Positions 17,655-27,439 of a stretch of DNA of 64,000 nt are shown here, piece after piece; position 1 is the stretch's first letter; every line of letters starts with the position of its first letter. Where the stretch lies: positions 29,965 through 93,964 of the IMG/VR virus record IMGVR_UViG_3300029429_000001; one strand, given 5' to 3'. Below the pieces are notes generated by a model. That model was not told the origin of the DNA and did no database searches. It saw nothing but the letters and a program-made list of their open reading frames with translations. This stretch comes from a virus. A program made the position numbers and the translations under genes.

Positions 17655-18191
17655 TTAACTTCCCATCGCCAGTGCCAGGTATCCGACCCGGACGCGGTGA
17701 GTCTTACAATACTGGGCAAATTCCTTAACAACCCCTCTAAATCTACCTCCGGCATGCTCGGAGTGATCCAAGTACTTCCTGCTTTTTATCCCACAATATG
17801 TACAAAGCCAGTCCCGGGAATAAGCTTCCCAGCGTCGAGATAGTGGCAATTTAGAATGAACGGCAAAGCTTTCGCCCTGCTCAATATCAACCCCTTTGGC
17901 CCCTGCCTTAGCTTGTAAAAACTGATGAAACGCGGCATCTCTACACATTTGACCTGCTGTAGCGGTATAAGCACCACCAACAACATCGCCGTCATAATTA
18001 GCCAGCATCAAGCTCGCCTCTATGATCATTTTTCGAGAGTCTTTAGCATCGCCTAACATTTTGGCCGTCTCTTCAGTCACCTGAAACGATGCCCGGTAAG
18101 TTATGCCGTTAGCGTTGCTTACCGATATTTTTGGTCGGTAAAGGGCGACGGTAATGGGGCTGCCAATGCTATCTAGCGGGTTTGCGCTCAT
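17655..18191 (-). CDS. conserved phage hypothetical protein
   Basis: AGQMCRD..FHQFL...CGIKSRKYLDH motif seen in phage proteins. Confidence 0.65.
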   Translation of the reverse strand: MSANPLDSIGSPITVALYRPKISVSNANGITYRASFQVTEETAKMLGDAKDSRKMIIEASLMLANYDGDVVGGAYTATAGQMCRDAAFHQFLQAKAGAKGVDIEQGESFAVHSKLPLSRRWEAYSRDWLCTYCGIKSRKYLDHSEHAGGRFRGVVKEFAQYCKTHRVRVGYLALAMGS

Positions 18192-18215
18192 ACGTTTACA
18201 TTACTCGCTTTTGAG

Positions 18216-18232
18216 TGTGCATTCATTACACA
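18216..18232. promoter_or_regulatory. operator TGTGCA-N5-TACACA (one mismatch)
   Basis: Intergenic, upstream of the gene starting at 18191. Confidence 0.5.
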
Positions 18233-18249
18233 CCTCATTGTGTGAATGT

Positions 18250-18555
18250 TCAAGCTTTAACCGTCAATATCTCATCTGAGATGCCATCTAATACAGCCTG
18301 GCCCAGGTCGGTTATACGGTACTTCTTTGCTACCCGGCCCCTACCGCCTACAGGTGGCGTGCCGGTCTCTAAAATTTCCTCAAACTTTAACAGCCTTTTA
18401 AAAGCGTCGTCGCGAGATTCCCTACTCATACCTGCATTAGATAGCCGCTTTGTTATTGCCGATAGATTACACTCGGCATCCATTAACATGTACAGAATGT
18501 TAAAATCTACTTTGTTTACAGGCTTTTTTGGATTTCGCTTTGCTTTAGAAACCAA
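18250..18555 (-). CDS. winged-helix transcription regulator
   Basis: DDAFKRLLK...GRGRVAKKYRITDLG wing motif. Confidence 0.7.
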   Translation of the reverse strand: MVSKAKRNPKKPVNKVDFNILYMLMDAECNLSAITKRLSNAGMSRESRDDAFKRLLKFEEILETGTPPVGGRGRVAKKYRITDLGQAVLDGISDEILTVKA

Positions 18556-18620
18556 TTTCCGCCCCCTTATACTGGTGAGTGAAAAGCAAGGTAGTTGCTT
18601 TTCCTGGCGGCAATTCTACC

Positions 18621-18662
18621 AGAAAGAAATAAGAAAGAAATAAGAAAGAAACAAGAAAAAAC
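18621..18662. repeat. 11-bp tandem repeat AGAAAGAAATA, about 4 copies
   Basis: Read directly in the divergent promoter region. Confidence 0.8.
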
Positions 18663-18746
18663 ACAGGATTAATACTTGATATGCGTGCGACCCTAGATTA
18701 GGATTCGCATATTCGGATTAACGGACGAATAACAAAATAGGACAAA

Positions 18747-19910
18747 ATGATGACTATTGAATACCCCCAGGCCTCAATCTCTGAGGTGTGCACCAGGTTC
18801 ACAGATCTTGGCATTGAGATTAAACCCGCTTACCGCTTTGCCGGTGGCCGCCCTCTTCCCAATTGGCTTAACAATGAAGGCCGCGCAATTCCAGGTATTT
18901 ACTACGGCCTACCTAATGACTCCTATCACAAGATTGAAGGCCTGAGCTCATCAATGCTCAAGACGTTCGTGCTGGATTCAGAGGCGCACTATGATGCCAA
19001 GTACAACAAGCCAGATATCTATCATCTAAACCAGGATGAAAAGCGCCCGGACCATTTCACGGCAGGTGATCTTATTCACGCCCTTATTCTGGAGCCCTGG
19101 AGCGTCTTAAAACGCTATTACCGTGATCACACTAAATCAGAATTCCCTGGTGCCCTGGTTACTGACCCGCAAATAAAAGCAGCATTAAAGGAGGCCGGCG
19201 AACCACAAACAATAGGCGGCGAGAAAAAAGCCGATCGCATTGCACGCCTAATGGATATCAATCCAGATACGGTTGTATGGGATTGGGAGCTGCAAAAGCT
19301 GGCGGATGCCAACGAGGGTAAAACCGCTATTAAGGGCGGTATATGGGATTGCGCCCACCTGGCTTACAAAGCATTCCTGGAACGCCAGGAGGCTACCGAT
19401 TGGATCGATCACGCTAATGGCCTGTCTGAGCTATCCATAATCGCAGAGTGCCCACACACAGGCATGATAGTGCGCTGCCGTCCTGACTTTACTCTTTTGC
19501 TACCGGTCATGGATAACCTCAGGTATCCGCCTTTAATGGTTGACGTTAAGAGTGCCAACTCAGCTAGCCCGGAAAAATTCGCACGCTCCATTGGCGATTT
19601 TGGCTATCACCTGCAGCAGGCTTTTTATGAATACGTTTTTAAGCTGGCCACTGGTACCGCTCCTTTTGATTTTGGTTTTGTGGTGGCTGAATTTGAAAAG
19701 GCCTCGATTGTCGAGACCATAAAAATAGACAAGGCCACCATGAAACTTACCAGGGCCAGTCTTATTCCTGCGCTTAAAAAATTAAAGCACTGCTACGACG
19801 TTAATCAATGGGCAGGCTATACATCCGGAGGCGTAACAGAATTAAGCGTCGCACCATGGGCATTAAAACGCTTACCGGTAGATATGACTGAGCTAGAGGC
19901 CGTGGCATGA
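18747..19910 (+). CDS. recE: RecE/exonuclease VIII-like PD-(D/E)XK nuclease
   Basis: YH...LSSSMLK, GDLIHALILEP, RCRPD, VDVKS, FGYHLQQAFY. Confidence 0.9.
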   Translation: MMTIEYPQASISEVCTRFTDLGIEIKPAYRFAGGRPLPNWLNNEGRAIPGIYYGLPNDSYHKIEGLSSSMLKTFVLDSEAHYDAKYNKPDIYHLNQDEKRPDHFTAGDLIHALILEPWSVLKRYYRDHTKSEFPGALVTDPQIKAALKEAGEPQTIGGEKKADRIARLMDINPDTVVWDWELQKLADANEGKTAIKGGIWDCAHLAYKAFLERQEATDWIDHANGLSELSIIAECPHTGMIVRCRPDFTLLLPVMDNLRYPPLMVDVKSANSASPEKFARSIGDFGYHLQQAFYEYVFKLATGTAPFDFGFVVAEFEKASIVETIKIDKATMKLTRASLIPALKKLKHCYDVNQWAGYTSGGVTELSVAPWALKRLPVDMTELEAVA

Positions 19911-20866
19911 GTTATATGCAGCCGGCCGTCATAACCAAGGAAGTAGCTGAGCAAAACATACTTACTTCATTTCAGACGATCGATAATGCCAAGGGACAAT
20001 TTGAGCTGGTGGCTAATGCTTATGGCCAAATGGCTTTTGCTCATGAAGCTGAATTCGCCAAGCAAATAATCCAGCGCTCTTATACTGGGGTACCCAACAA
20101 AGACAAGTTTTCACTTGTTTGTTGTACCCAGCAAAGCATCTATAACGCCGTTGCCCAGGTAGCGGATCTGGGTTTAAGCCTAAACCCAAAACTGGACCAC
20201 GCTTATCTATTGCCCAGGCGTAACACTCACACTGGCGACCTGGAGTGCACCCTGGAGCCGTCTTATAAAGGTTTGATCCACCTGGCAATAGAAGGCGGCG
20301 CCATTAGCCATGTGACCGCCACCGTCGTTAACAAGGCGGATGTAGACAGCGGGGCGTTTGTATATAACGGCCCCAGTGCTGAGGCTGTTTTTAAAGGTAT
20401 TGATCCATTCAATCCGCCCACTGAAGCCGGTATTTATGGCGCCATCTGTACGGCTCACCTTATCGGCGGGGGAGTGATCACCACCATCATGAATAGGGCC
20501 GACATTAACCAGGCCCGAGAAGGCGCAAACAATAGTAAAGCTTGGAAAATTTGGTTTTCAGAGATGGCCATTAAATCCTGCATACGCCGGGCATCAAAGT
20601 TATGGCCAAAGCCTACCAGGGACACTCGCTTTATTGGCGCCATCGATGCCCTCAATAAATTAGATAATGCTGAGCACTTCCAAACGGCCGCTAATGAGCC
20701 GGTAATTATGCAAGACGTGACCACGCCAGCCATCGCCAGCACAAGTGATACAGCCCAGGACCGGCCGGCAGTAATGAACCTTGAGGACCTAACCAAGCGC
20801 CTAGCTCAAAATAAAAGAAACAGAGCAAACCCTGAAAAAACTATTTACGTGAACACTGCAATTTAA
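19907..20866 (+). CDS. recT: RecT-family ssDNA annealing protein
   Basis: GLSLNP...AYLLPR...SYKGLIHLA...EMAIKSCIRRASKLWP. Confidence 0.92.
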   Translation: MSYMQPAVITKEVAEQNILTSFQTIDNAKGQFELVANAYGQMAFAHEAEFAKQIIQRSYTGVPNKDKFSLVCCTQQSIYNAVAQVADLGLSLNPKLDHAYLLPRRNTHTGDLECTLEPSYKGLIHLAIEGGAISHVTATVVNKADVDSGAFVYNGPSAEAVFKGIDPFNPPTEAGIYGAICTAHLIGGGVITTIMNRADINQAREGANNSKAWKIWFSEMAIKSCIRRASKLWPKPTRDTRFIGAIDALNKLDNAEHFQTAANEPVIMQDVTTPAIASTSDTAQDRPAVMNLEDLTKRLAQNKRNRANPEKTIYVNTAI

Positions 20867-20879
20867 CGGAGCGCAGACG

Positions 20880-22898
20880 ATGACATTTTTTGATCCAGAG
20901 CAATACAAAGCAGATCAGTTTTTAGTGATGACGGCATTTAATAAAATGCTGGCCGGCACTGAAGATTTTCCCATTGAATTTACGGACCCGGACGGCAATG
21001 AAACACTGGCATACATTGGCCAGGGCAAAGCCTATCAAGCCGGCGAGCTTGCTGGTTTTTGTGCTGAGCTTAAGGCGCTGGACCCTGAAACAGGGGAGGT
21101 ATTAAGCCTGCCGGTTGATTTTGTAAAGATATGCGAGGTACCCGAGGTAGCTGAGCCACCAGCCCAGGAAACAAAACAGGCAGCATCTAAAATTGCAGCT
21201 GAGCTTGTGACTGCAGCAACAAAGGCAGCGGCCGGCACCGTCAAAATTGCAGGGGTTGACCTTACACCCGCCAGCCAACTTAAACGCCCTAAGGCGGCCG
21301 CTAAGCCCAAGATTGAACCAGTACAGCCAGAGCCAAAGAAAGCTAAGCTTGTGGCCGTAGAAGGGCAGGGGACCACCCCCAAAGCCACCCCCAAGGCTGA
21401 AGTCGCACCCTTAACGGTTAATGAGCCGCTAGTGCTGGCGGATATCCCAGCCGAGACCAATGACAGCGACACCAGGCGCATTACCAGCCTTAAAATCACT
21501 AACATCATGGGCATAGATGAAATGCTCATACCCTTAAACGGAGTGGCCACCTTTGTTGAAGGCGGGAACGGGCAGGGTAAAACGTCGGCCCTAAAAGCTG
21601 CCCAGGCGGTAATCGGAGGCGGGTACCCTGCAGAGTTAATCCGTAATGGCGCCGAATCCGGAGAGGTTGTACTGGTAATGGATGATAAATCCACCGTGCG
21701 CAAACTCATCTCTCACAAGAAAAGCAGCACCACCATCGTTAAAGATGAAGCCGGCAAAAAAATAAACGCTCCTCAGAAATTCCTAAACACGTTATTCGAT
21801 AGCGTCGCCGTGGACCCGCGGGCGTTTCTTGATTCCAATGCTAAAAAGCAAGTACAGCTAATGCTCGAAGCCTCGCCTATGAGCCTGACTGTAGAGCAAG
21901 CTGCCCAGGTAGCCGAAGTGGCGCCAGAGGTGGATCTGACAGAGCACCCACTCTACGCCCTGGATTCAGCAATCAAATATATCAATGCCGATCGCACCCA
22001 AACCAATGCTGACATTCGATCCCAGGAAGCTTTTAGAGGCCGGATTAAAGATGGCCTAGCAGAACAAGAGGGCGATACCACTAAGGACCTGGACGGCCTA
22101 AACGAGAGTTTGGCCACAGAAAAAGACAAACTAAATAAGGTCCACCAGGTTTGCAATGATGATACCAATACCATCAGAGAGGAAGCGGATAAAAACAAGC
22201 ATGAAATCAGCCTGGAAAACGCCGATGAAATCGAAAAGCTACAGGACAATAAACGCGAGCTCGAGCAAGAAATAGAATCACTCCAGCAAAGAGCGGCCAA
22301 CCTGGCTCAAGAGGCGGCGCTCATTCAGGCTAAGTGCGATAGCAAGGCTAATGAAAATATCCCTCGCCTGGAAGCGATCACGGCCAAAATGGGAACCGAC
22401 ATATCAAACCGCAACGCTGCCGCCATGGTCGAGCAAAATTCCCTAGAAAATGAAATTGCAGCTATTGAGCGTAACATTCATAACTACAGCCACTATCAAC
22501 GTAGCCTGGATAATATCGCCGGATATGACGCAGAAATTAAGGAATCAAAGGACCTTAAAAATAGCCTGGATAGCCACCTGGAATTGATCCAAAAGATTAA
22601 ATCAGAGATCTTAAAATCCATCCCCATAGACGGCCTGGAAGTGACTGAAGAGGGCATATTCCATGGGGGCGTTAAATTCTCTCTACTCAATACAGCCATG
22701 AAAGCCAACATCGCGATCAAGGTGGCCGTCATGCGCCTGGACCAAAACCCGGACGCTGTACGCCTGGTAATAGTGGACGGTCTCGAGTCGATGGATAGCG
22801 GTACCATTCACGCACTCATTGACGCTGCAGCCCATCAAAATGTACAGATATTCGGTGCCAGGACCACAGACAACGAACTAGCCATAACCCACCACTAA
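20880..22898 (+). CDS. SbcC/RecN-like coiled-coil ATPase with N-terminal extension
   Basis: Walker A GGNGQGKTS, long coiled coil, Walker B IVDGLESMD. Confidence 0.85.
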   Translation: MTFFDPEQYKADQFLVMTAFNKMLAGTEDFPIEFTDPDGNETLAYIGQGKAYQAGELAGFCAELKALDPETGEVLSLPVDFVKICEVPEVAEPPAQETKQAASKIAAELVTAATKAAAGTVKIAGVDLTPASQLKRPKAAAKPKIEPVQPEPKKAKLVAVEGQGTTPKATPKAEVAPLTVNEPLVLADIPAETNDSDTRRITSLKITNIMGIDEMLIPLNGVATFVEGGNGQGKTSALKAAQAVIGGGYPAELIRNGAESGEVVLVMDDKSTVRKLISHKKSSTTIVKDEAGKKINAPQKFLNTLFDSVAVDPRAFLDSNAKKQVQLMLEASPMSLTVEQAAQVAEVAPEVDLTEHPLYALDSAIKYINADRTQTNADIRSQEAFRGRIKDGLAEQEGDTTKDLDGLNESLATEKDKLNKVHQVCNDDTNTIREEADKNKHEISLENADEIEKLQDNKRELEQEIESLQQRAANLAQEAALIQAKCDSKANENIPRLEAITAKMGTDISNRNAAAMVEQNSLENEIAAIERNIHNYSHYQRSLDNIAGYDAEIKESKDLKNSLDSHLELIQKIKSEILKSIPIDGLEVTEEGIFHGGVKFSLLNTAMKANIAIKVAVMRLDQNPDAVRLVIVDGLESMDSGTIHALIDAAAHQNVQIFGARTTDNELAITHH

Positions 22899-22958
22899 AT
22901 ACTAATAAAGTATCATTTCGGTATCTTTTCAATACTTATATAGGGTTGAATAGATATC
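22898..22958. repeat. 11-bp-phased RRTAYY array B
   Basis: Hexamers at 22898, 22909, 22920, 22931, 22953 (degenerate at 22942). Confidence 0.75.
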
Positions 22959-23034
22959 GAATTGGGGCTTTTACCCTTCTATTTTTCTCCCGTTGCTGTT
23001 ACCGTTCGCAAATTACTTGATACAGGTTTCCAGC

Positions 23035-23364
23035 ATGAGCCAAGACGAAAACACCCTACTTCCATGGGAAAGCAACACCCACGATCGCAGTTTTGATGCT
23101 GATTCAGGGAAAACGGCTAACGCCGATATTAGCCAATATGACATTGAGTGTATTAAGATCCTATCAGCTGCAAAACAGCAAAGTCGTATATCATACATAG
23201 CCAATGCGATCAGGCAGAGCATCCAAGCTGATGTGGACGCACTGATTGAAAAAATCGGCATGGATGGCGTTAGACGGCATTACTCTCAAATATTGCTTAA
23301 AGAAGAAGAAAAACAGGAAAAAAAAGTAGCCAGGGCCAAAAAGAAAGCCCAGCAGCAACAATAA
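23035..23364 (+). CDS. putative ribbon-helix-helix (centromere-binding-like) protein
   Basis: PWE motif, then strand KTANADIS, helix QYDIECIKILS and helix SRISYIANAIRQSI; charged C-terminal tail. Confidence 0.55.
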   Translation: MSQDENTLLPWESNTHDRSFDADSGKTANADISQYDIECIKILSAAKQQSRISYIANAIRQSIQADVDALIEKIGMDGVRRHYSQILLKEEEKQEKKVARAKKKAQQQQ

Positions 23365-23380
23365 AAAATAAGGGAGCGTC

Positions 23381-24457
23381 ATGACTTATCTAATGCATAG
23401 ACTTGCAAGCCTAATGACCGTTGCTGGATTGGGTCTTTGCCTATTCTCGCTATCGCTCTCTGCAATTGTATTCAGCTCAATTAGTAACGAACTCCACTAC
23501 AAAATTATCTATAGCGGTTCAGCGATTTTGCTGGAGATCATAAAGTTCGGCCTAGTCCCCTTTACCTTGTATTTTTATTTTAAAGGCAAGAAAATCGTCG
23601 CTGGATTTATTGCGATTGGCTTTATTTGCCTAATGGCTGTTTCGGTTATTGCCAGCATCGCCGGCCTTAATAAAGGCAGCAATAACATGGATAAAGGGTA
23701 TCAAGAGGCTATAGCCGCTAAGGCAAGTATCACCGCCAAGATTACCAGACTGGAAGGCATGATCGACTCGCGAGACAAAGAAATTCTGTTTTACCAGGGC
23801 GAGGAAAGGATCAAGTCCGAGGTGGTATCGCGCCGAGCGGCAAACACCCAAGACTTAGCCGAGATTGACAACTTAATTATAGATCGGGCGGCCATCGTTG
23901 TTCCGGATCGGTCAGCCCTACTCCAAGGCATAGATGCCGTAAGCTCAATGATTAATGTCGAATCCACAGGAGATAGCAAGGCCATAGTGTATGCCGCATT
24001 CTCAGCGATTATAGAAATATTTGGTGCTTTAGCGCTGGCGGTTGGAGAAATTATATTCGCAGCCCGAAAAGAAGAAAAAACCGTCGCAGAAAAAAGGGCC
24101 TCAGTCGAGGCCGTTGCTGCAGATGAACGCCGTTATTCTCATGAGAAAGAACTGGCACACATTGATAAAGAAAAGGCGGTTGCCATAGCCACAGGTTCAG
24201 CAACTCGATCACTAACAGCCACCAGCTCACCAACAGCCACCAGTTCAGCGCCCACTAAAAAGAAAGCCCAGGTAATCCCCCTGGTAGTTCCTGAGGCACC
24301 ACCGGAGGTCAAGGGACCTGCAGATAAGATCATAGCCGAGATAAAACTGGCTATTGAAGAATTCAGAGTAAGCAACCCACCAAAAGCTAGAGAGATAAGC
24401 GCCCTAGGGTATCCTTCATCCGTGGCAAGGCAAGCCGAGCGTTATTTCCAGGGCTAA
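23381..24457 (+). CDS. membrane protein (3 TM, coiled coil, TM, cytoplasmic tail with possible HTH)
   Basis: Hydropathy pattern read by eye; GGGAG RBS. Confidence 0.75.
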   Translation: MTYLMHRLASLMTVAGLGLCLFSLSLSAIVFSSISNELHYKIIYSGSAILLEIIKFGLVPFTLYFYFKGKKIVAGFIAIGFICLMAVSVIASIAGLNKGSNNMDKGYQEAIAAKASITAKITRLEGMIDSRDKEILFYQGEERIKSEVVSRRAANTQDLAEIDNLIIDRAAIVVPDRSALLQGIDAVSSMINVESTGDSKAIVYAAFSAIIEIFGALALAVGEIIFAARKEEKTVAEKRASVEAVAADERRYSHEKELAHIDKEKAVAIATGSATRSLTATSSPTATSSAPTKKKAQVIPLVVPEAPPEVKGPADKIIAEIKLAIEEFRVSNPPKAREISALGYPSSVARQAERYFQG

Positions 24458-24575
24458 TCACCCTGTTTTTTTTAATCCAGGTATAGACCTAATAACCCTA
24501 CAAAATATGTGGGCTGCTGTGTGCACACTCTTTTTCTTTTAAGTGCGTGTTAATCAGGGGTTTTATGAGTATAGC

Positions 24576-24592
24576 TGTGCAATAAATGCACA
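24576..24592. promoter_or_regulatory. operator TGTGCA-N5-TGCACA
   Basis: Perfect arms in a convergent intergenic region. Confidence 0.6.
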
Positions 24593-24598
24593 CAAGAT

Positions 24599-24628
24599 AA
24601 AAAAGGGTCTTTATTAGACCCTTTTTTT
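24599..24628. terminator. bidirectional intrinsic terminator
   Basis: AAAAAAGGGTCT-TTATT-AGACCC followed by a T run. Confidence 0.75.
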
Positions 24629-24634
24629 ATTTGC

Positions 24635-25663
24635 TTATGAGAATTGATTGCTACGCATGTTGGTGCGCTTGTTAAACAGGGCAGGGGAGCTGGCAACCGG
24701 CGCCTTACCATTTGCGTCATCAAGGATCACCTCGGGAGCATCCGCTTCAAACTTAGCGCGTTTAACGCCAGCCTTTTGGATGGTAACGAATAGTCCAGCC
24801 ATGGCAGTAGGGCAGCCATCCAGGATTAAATCCTTAGTTTCCTGGTCCAGTCCACCCACACCCAGAGTATTCTCAACGCTATCAAGGATCTGCTGGCGTA
24901 AACCTTTTTCCTTTTCAATGGCGCTTTCAAGTACTGCGATCGCTTCAACCTTTTGAGTTAGCTCATCACGGGCACTGGCGAACTCACGTTCAACACCATC
25001 CAGTACAGCCTGGCCAAAAGCGGCAGCCTCTAATTCAGACTTGTAGGCCTCAGCTTCTTCGATGGCCTGGCCCTGGAACTGGAGTAGGGTAGCAGCACTG
25101 TCATCAGAGTTAAGGCCGGCAGCCATTAGGCTATCCAGGATAAGTTTATCCTGCTCACCATCGGCATCATCCAGGATGTAGCCGCGATTTTCGGCAAACA
25201 ACGGGTTACGAACATAATCAAAGCCCTTGAAGGAATCCAGGATGGTATTCATCCCCTTTTTACCACCGCCACAAGCCCAGCTAAAGCCGCCTACCTTAGA
25301 ATTGTGCATACCCAAGGCCTTCTTGCCTTCGTCGTTATCAAGGATCTGCTGGATGTGTCTCAGGTTGCCCATGGAGTCCAGCTCCAGGGTAGTGGTCACG
25401 TTAGACGGTACCGCATCAAAAACACCAACGGCGCCGCCAACTTTAACTAGGCTCTTTTCTTCAGGATCGAGACCGATAAATTTACGGACACCATGGCCAA
25501 AATAACCAACGATTTCGCGCAATTTCAGGCTTTCTTGCACCTGGTTACTATCAAGGACACGGCGTACATTATCTAAAATGTAATTCCGTTTCTGGCCGGT
25601 AAACTGGCGGCCACTATCCAAAATATTAAATTTACAGTCGATCTCATGCAGTACGGTAGCCAT
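24635..25663 (-). CDS. pro: P1 Pro-like prohead processing protease
   Basis: GRQFTG..RNY, GYFGHG.R, PSNVT, GGFSWA, GFDYV.NP; directly after the portal, as in P1. Confidence 0.85.
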   Translation of the reverse strand: MATVLHEIDCKFNILDSGRQFTGQKRNYILDNVRRVLDSNQVQESLKLREIVGYFGHGVRKFIGLDPEEKSLVKVGGAVGVFDAVPSNVTTTLELDSMGNLRHIQQILDNDEGKKALGMHNSKVGGFSWACGGGKKGMNTILDSFKGFDYVRNPLFAENRGYILDDADGEQDKLILDSLMAAGLNSDDSAATLLQFQGQAIEEAEAYKSELEAAAFGQAVLDGVEREFASARDELTQKVEAIAVLESAIEKEKGLRQQILDSVENTLGVGGLDQETKDLILDGCPTAMAGLFVTIQKAGVKRAKFEADAPEVILDDANGKAPVASSPALFNKRTNMRSNQFS

Positions 25664-27369
25664 TAGGCCTCCTCATTTTCTTCGGGTAGGATCTCGGAAA
25701 GAATGCCGTATACAGCACTCCTCAAGTGGGGGTCTTGCTGTGTAAAGGGGGTAGTCGCGGAATCAAAGATAGGCGGCTTGGCTGGGGCGGCAGGGGGGCC
25801 ACCAGGGGCACCATCACCACCACCATCGCCGGCAGGTGCACCCTTAGACTTAACGGCCTTATATTCTTCTTCAGTCATGCCCAGGCGCGTCACCAATATA
25901 TGGCGAACGTATGCGCCCCGGTCCACTTCCTGCCACTCAGGGTCCATGGTTTGAACAACTGTAATTTCCATGGTGGCGGAATTTAGTTTCGACTCGAACG
26001 CGGCCTGCTCTTCACGTTCAACTGCAGTGGCCGTGCTATTAAATACAATTTTCCAGGGGAGCTCACCTGGATAGACCTTGCCGGTTTTCTTAAATAAATG
26101 GAGCTCAGCTAGCTCGTTCATTGTGTCTGCAGCAACAGAGCGAACCGAGTTTGCATAGGCGCCGGCCATTAAGGAGACTTGAAAAAATCCGCCGTCGCCT
26201 AATCCGCCAGACAAGTCTTCAGTAAAACCAAATAAAGCTTTGTCGATTCCCAGAGACGCGGCCAACAAAGACACACGAAAATGCATATCCTCGATGTGCG
26301 CAATATCAACAGGGTTAACTTCGGTTTGAATTCCGATCTCGCCAGTAACGGGAATAATCACGTTTTCTACACTGGTCCTGGCGCCGGTCTCGTATTCTTT
26401 ACGCTTGCGCTTGGATTTTTTGGAGCGGAATAGATTTACTACCTGGCCATAGTATTTAGCGGCTGCAGTGGGCGTCTGGTTCCCCGTGTTAACAGTGATA
26501 AAACGCTCTTTGCGGCCTGCTTTCTCCCTGGCGATATCCAGCGATCGCATTGCCTTGCGTAATGATATGTACGGCTCATAAACCGTCTCAAATAGGGACC
26601 GGCCATAATTCTGGCTTTCGATTGGGTCCTCGTTATCCGTGTCATCAGAGCGGATATCGAAGCGTAATTTATCCTTCCAAACTGGCTCCAGTTTTTGGTC
26701 TATATCCAGGGATTCCATCTTAAAAGCGATGAATTTCCAGGGCTCAAAAAGCTGATAGGTGCCATTACTATGGGTTTCAATATCTGTTTTATGCAGATAG
26801 CCCACGGTATTGCCGGCCACTTCATATTCTTTTATCTGGCTGGGGTTGGTATAGAAGTCATTGCGAATAGAAGTGATACCAATGCCGTCTGTAACATTGG
26901 GGCGCACATAGCAGACACCGTTTTTAATTGCGGCATACATCCACTTACGAATATTTTTGTTAAATAGTTGCTGCAGGTCTTCACGGAGAATTTTAGCCTC
27001 GGGCGTTTCCTTTTCGCCAATAGACTCAAACCTTAGGATTTCGCCACTCTCAGTCTTAGGCGCCAGGGCGTTATTGAGGTGGTGATTTAAGGCTGTATCA
27101 ATGATGGGATCTTTCGCCATCATATCGTAGCAGTGGTACCGGTCCAGGCGATTGTCTGGCAGTAGATACTCGCTAGACAGGTACTCATCAACATCAAAAA
27201 TGTCTTGAGATACGTTCCGGAATAGTTCGTTTAATACATGGTGGGTATTGAAGCCATCGAACGGGGGCAGCTCAGAGGATGCCTGTGACAGGTCCACATC
27301 CTTACCAAACCCGTAGCGCCCCCAGAGGGCCTTAGCCTTACTTGCTTTCTTTTTTTCAGCCATGACCAC
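25663..27369 (-). CDS. prt: portal protein (P1 Prt-like)
   Basis: 568 aa; MAKDPIIDTAL, ESQNYGRS, LGIDKALFG..LSGGLGDGGF. Confidence 0.88.
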   Translation of the reverse strand: MVMAEKKKASKAKALWGRYGFGKDVDLSQASSELPPFDGFNTHHVLNELFRNVSQDIFDVDEYLSSEYLLPDNRLDRYHCYDMMAKDPIIDTALNHHLNNALAPKTESGEILRFESIGEKETPEAKILREDLQQLFNKNIRKWMYAAIKNGVCYVRPNVTDGIGITSIRNDFYTNPSQIKEYEVAGNTVGYLHKTDIETHSNGTYQLFEPWKFIAFKMESLDIDQKLEPVWKDKLRFDIRSDDTDNEDPIESQNYGRSLFETVYEPYISLRKAMRSLDIAREKAGRKERFITVNTGNQTPTAAAKYYGQVVNLFRSKKSKRKRKEYETGARTSVENVIIPVTGEIGIQTEVNPVDIAHIEDMHFRVSLLAASLGIDKALFGFTEDLSGGLGDGGFFQVSLMAGAYANSVRSVAADTMNELAELHLFKKTGKVYPGELPWKIVFNSTATAVEREEQAAFESKLNSATMEITVVQTMDPEWQEVDRGAYVRHILVTRLGMTEEEYKAVKSKGAPAGDGGGDGAPGGPPAAPAKPPIFDSATTPFTQQDPHLRSAVYGILSEILPEENEEA

Positions 27370-27392
27370 ACAACTTAATAATAATGCCGGCC

Positions 27393-27439
27393 AGTCTATG
27401 GGGTCAGAGGGGAGGGTTTTGTGCCGTCGAATGTGTGTT
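27393..27439 (-). promoter_or_regulatory. putative late promoter (prt-pro)
   Basis: AACACACATTCG-N29-TAGACT. Confidence 0.8.

Noticed and set aside
20880-22898. SMC/Wadjet or SbcCD defence system
   Set aside because: There are no partner subunits, and this ATPase type commonly accompanies phage RecET modules.
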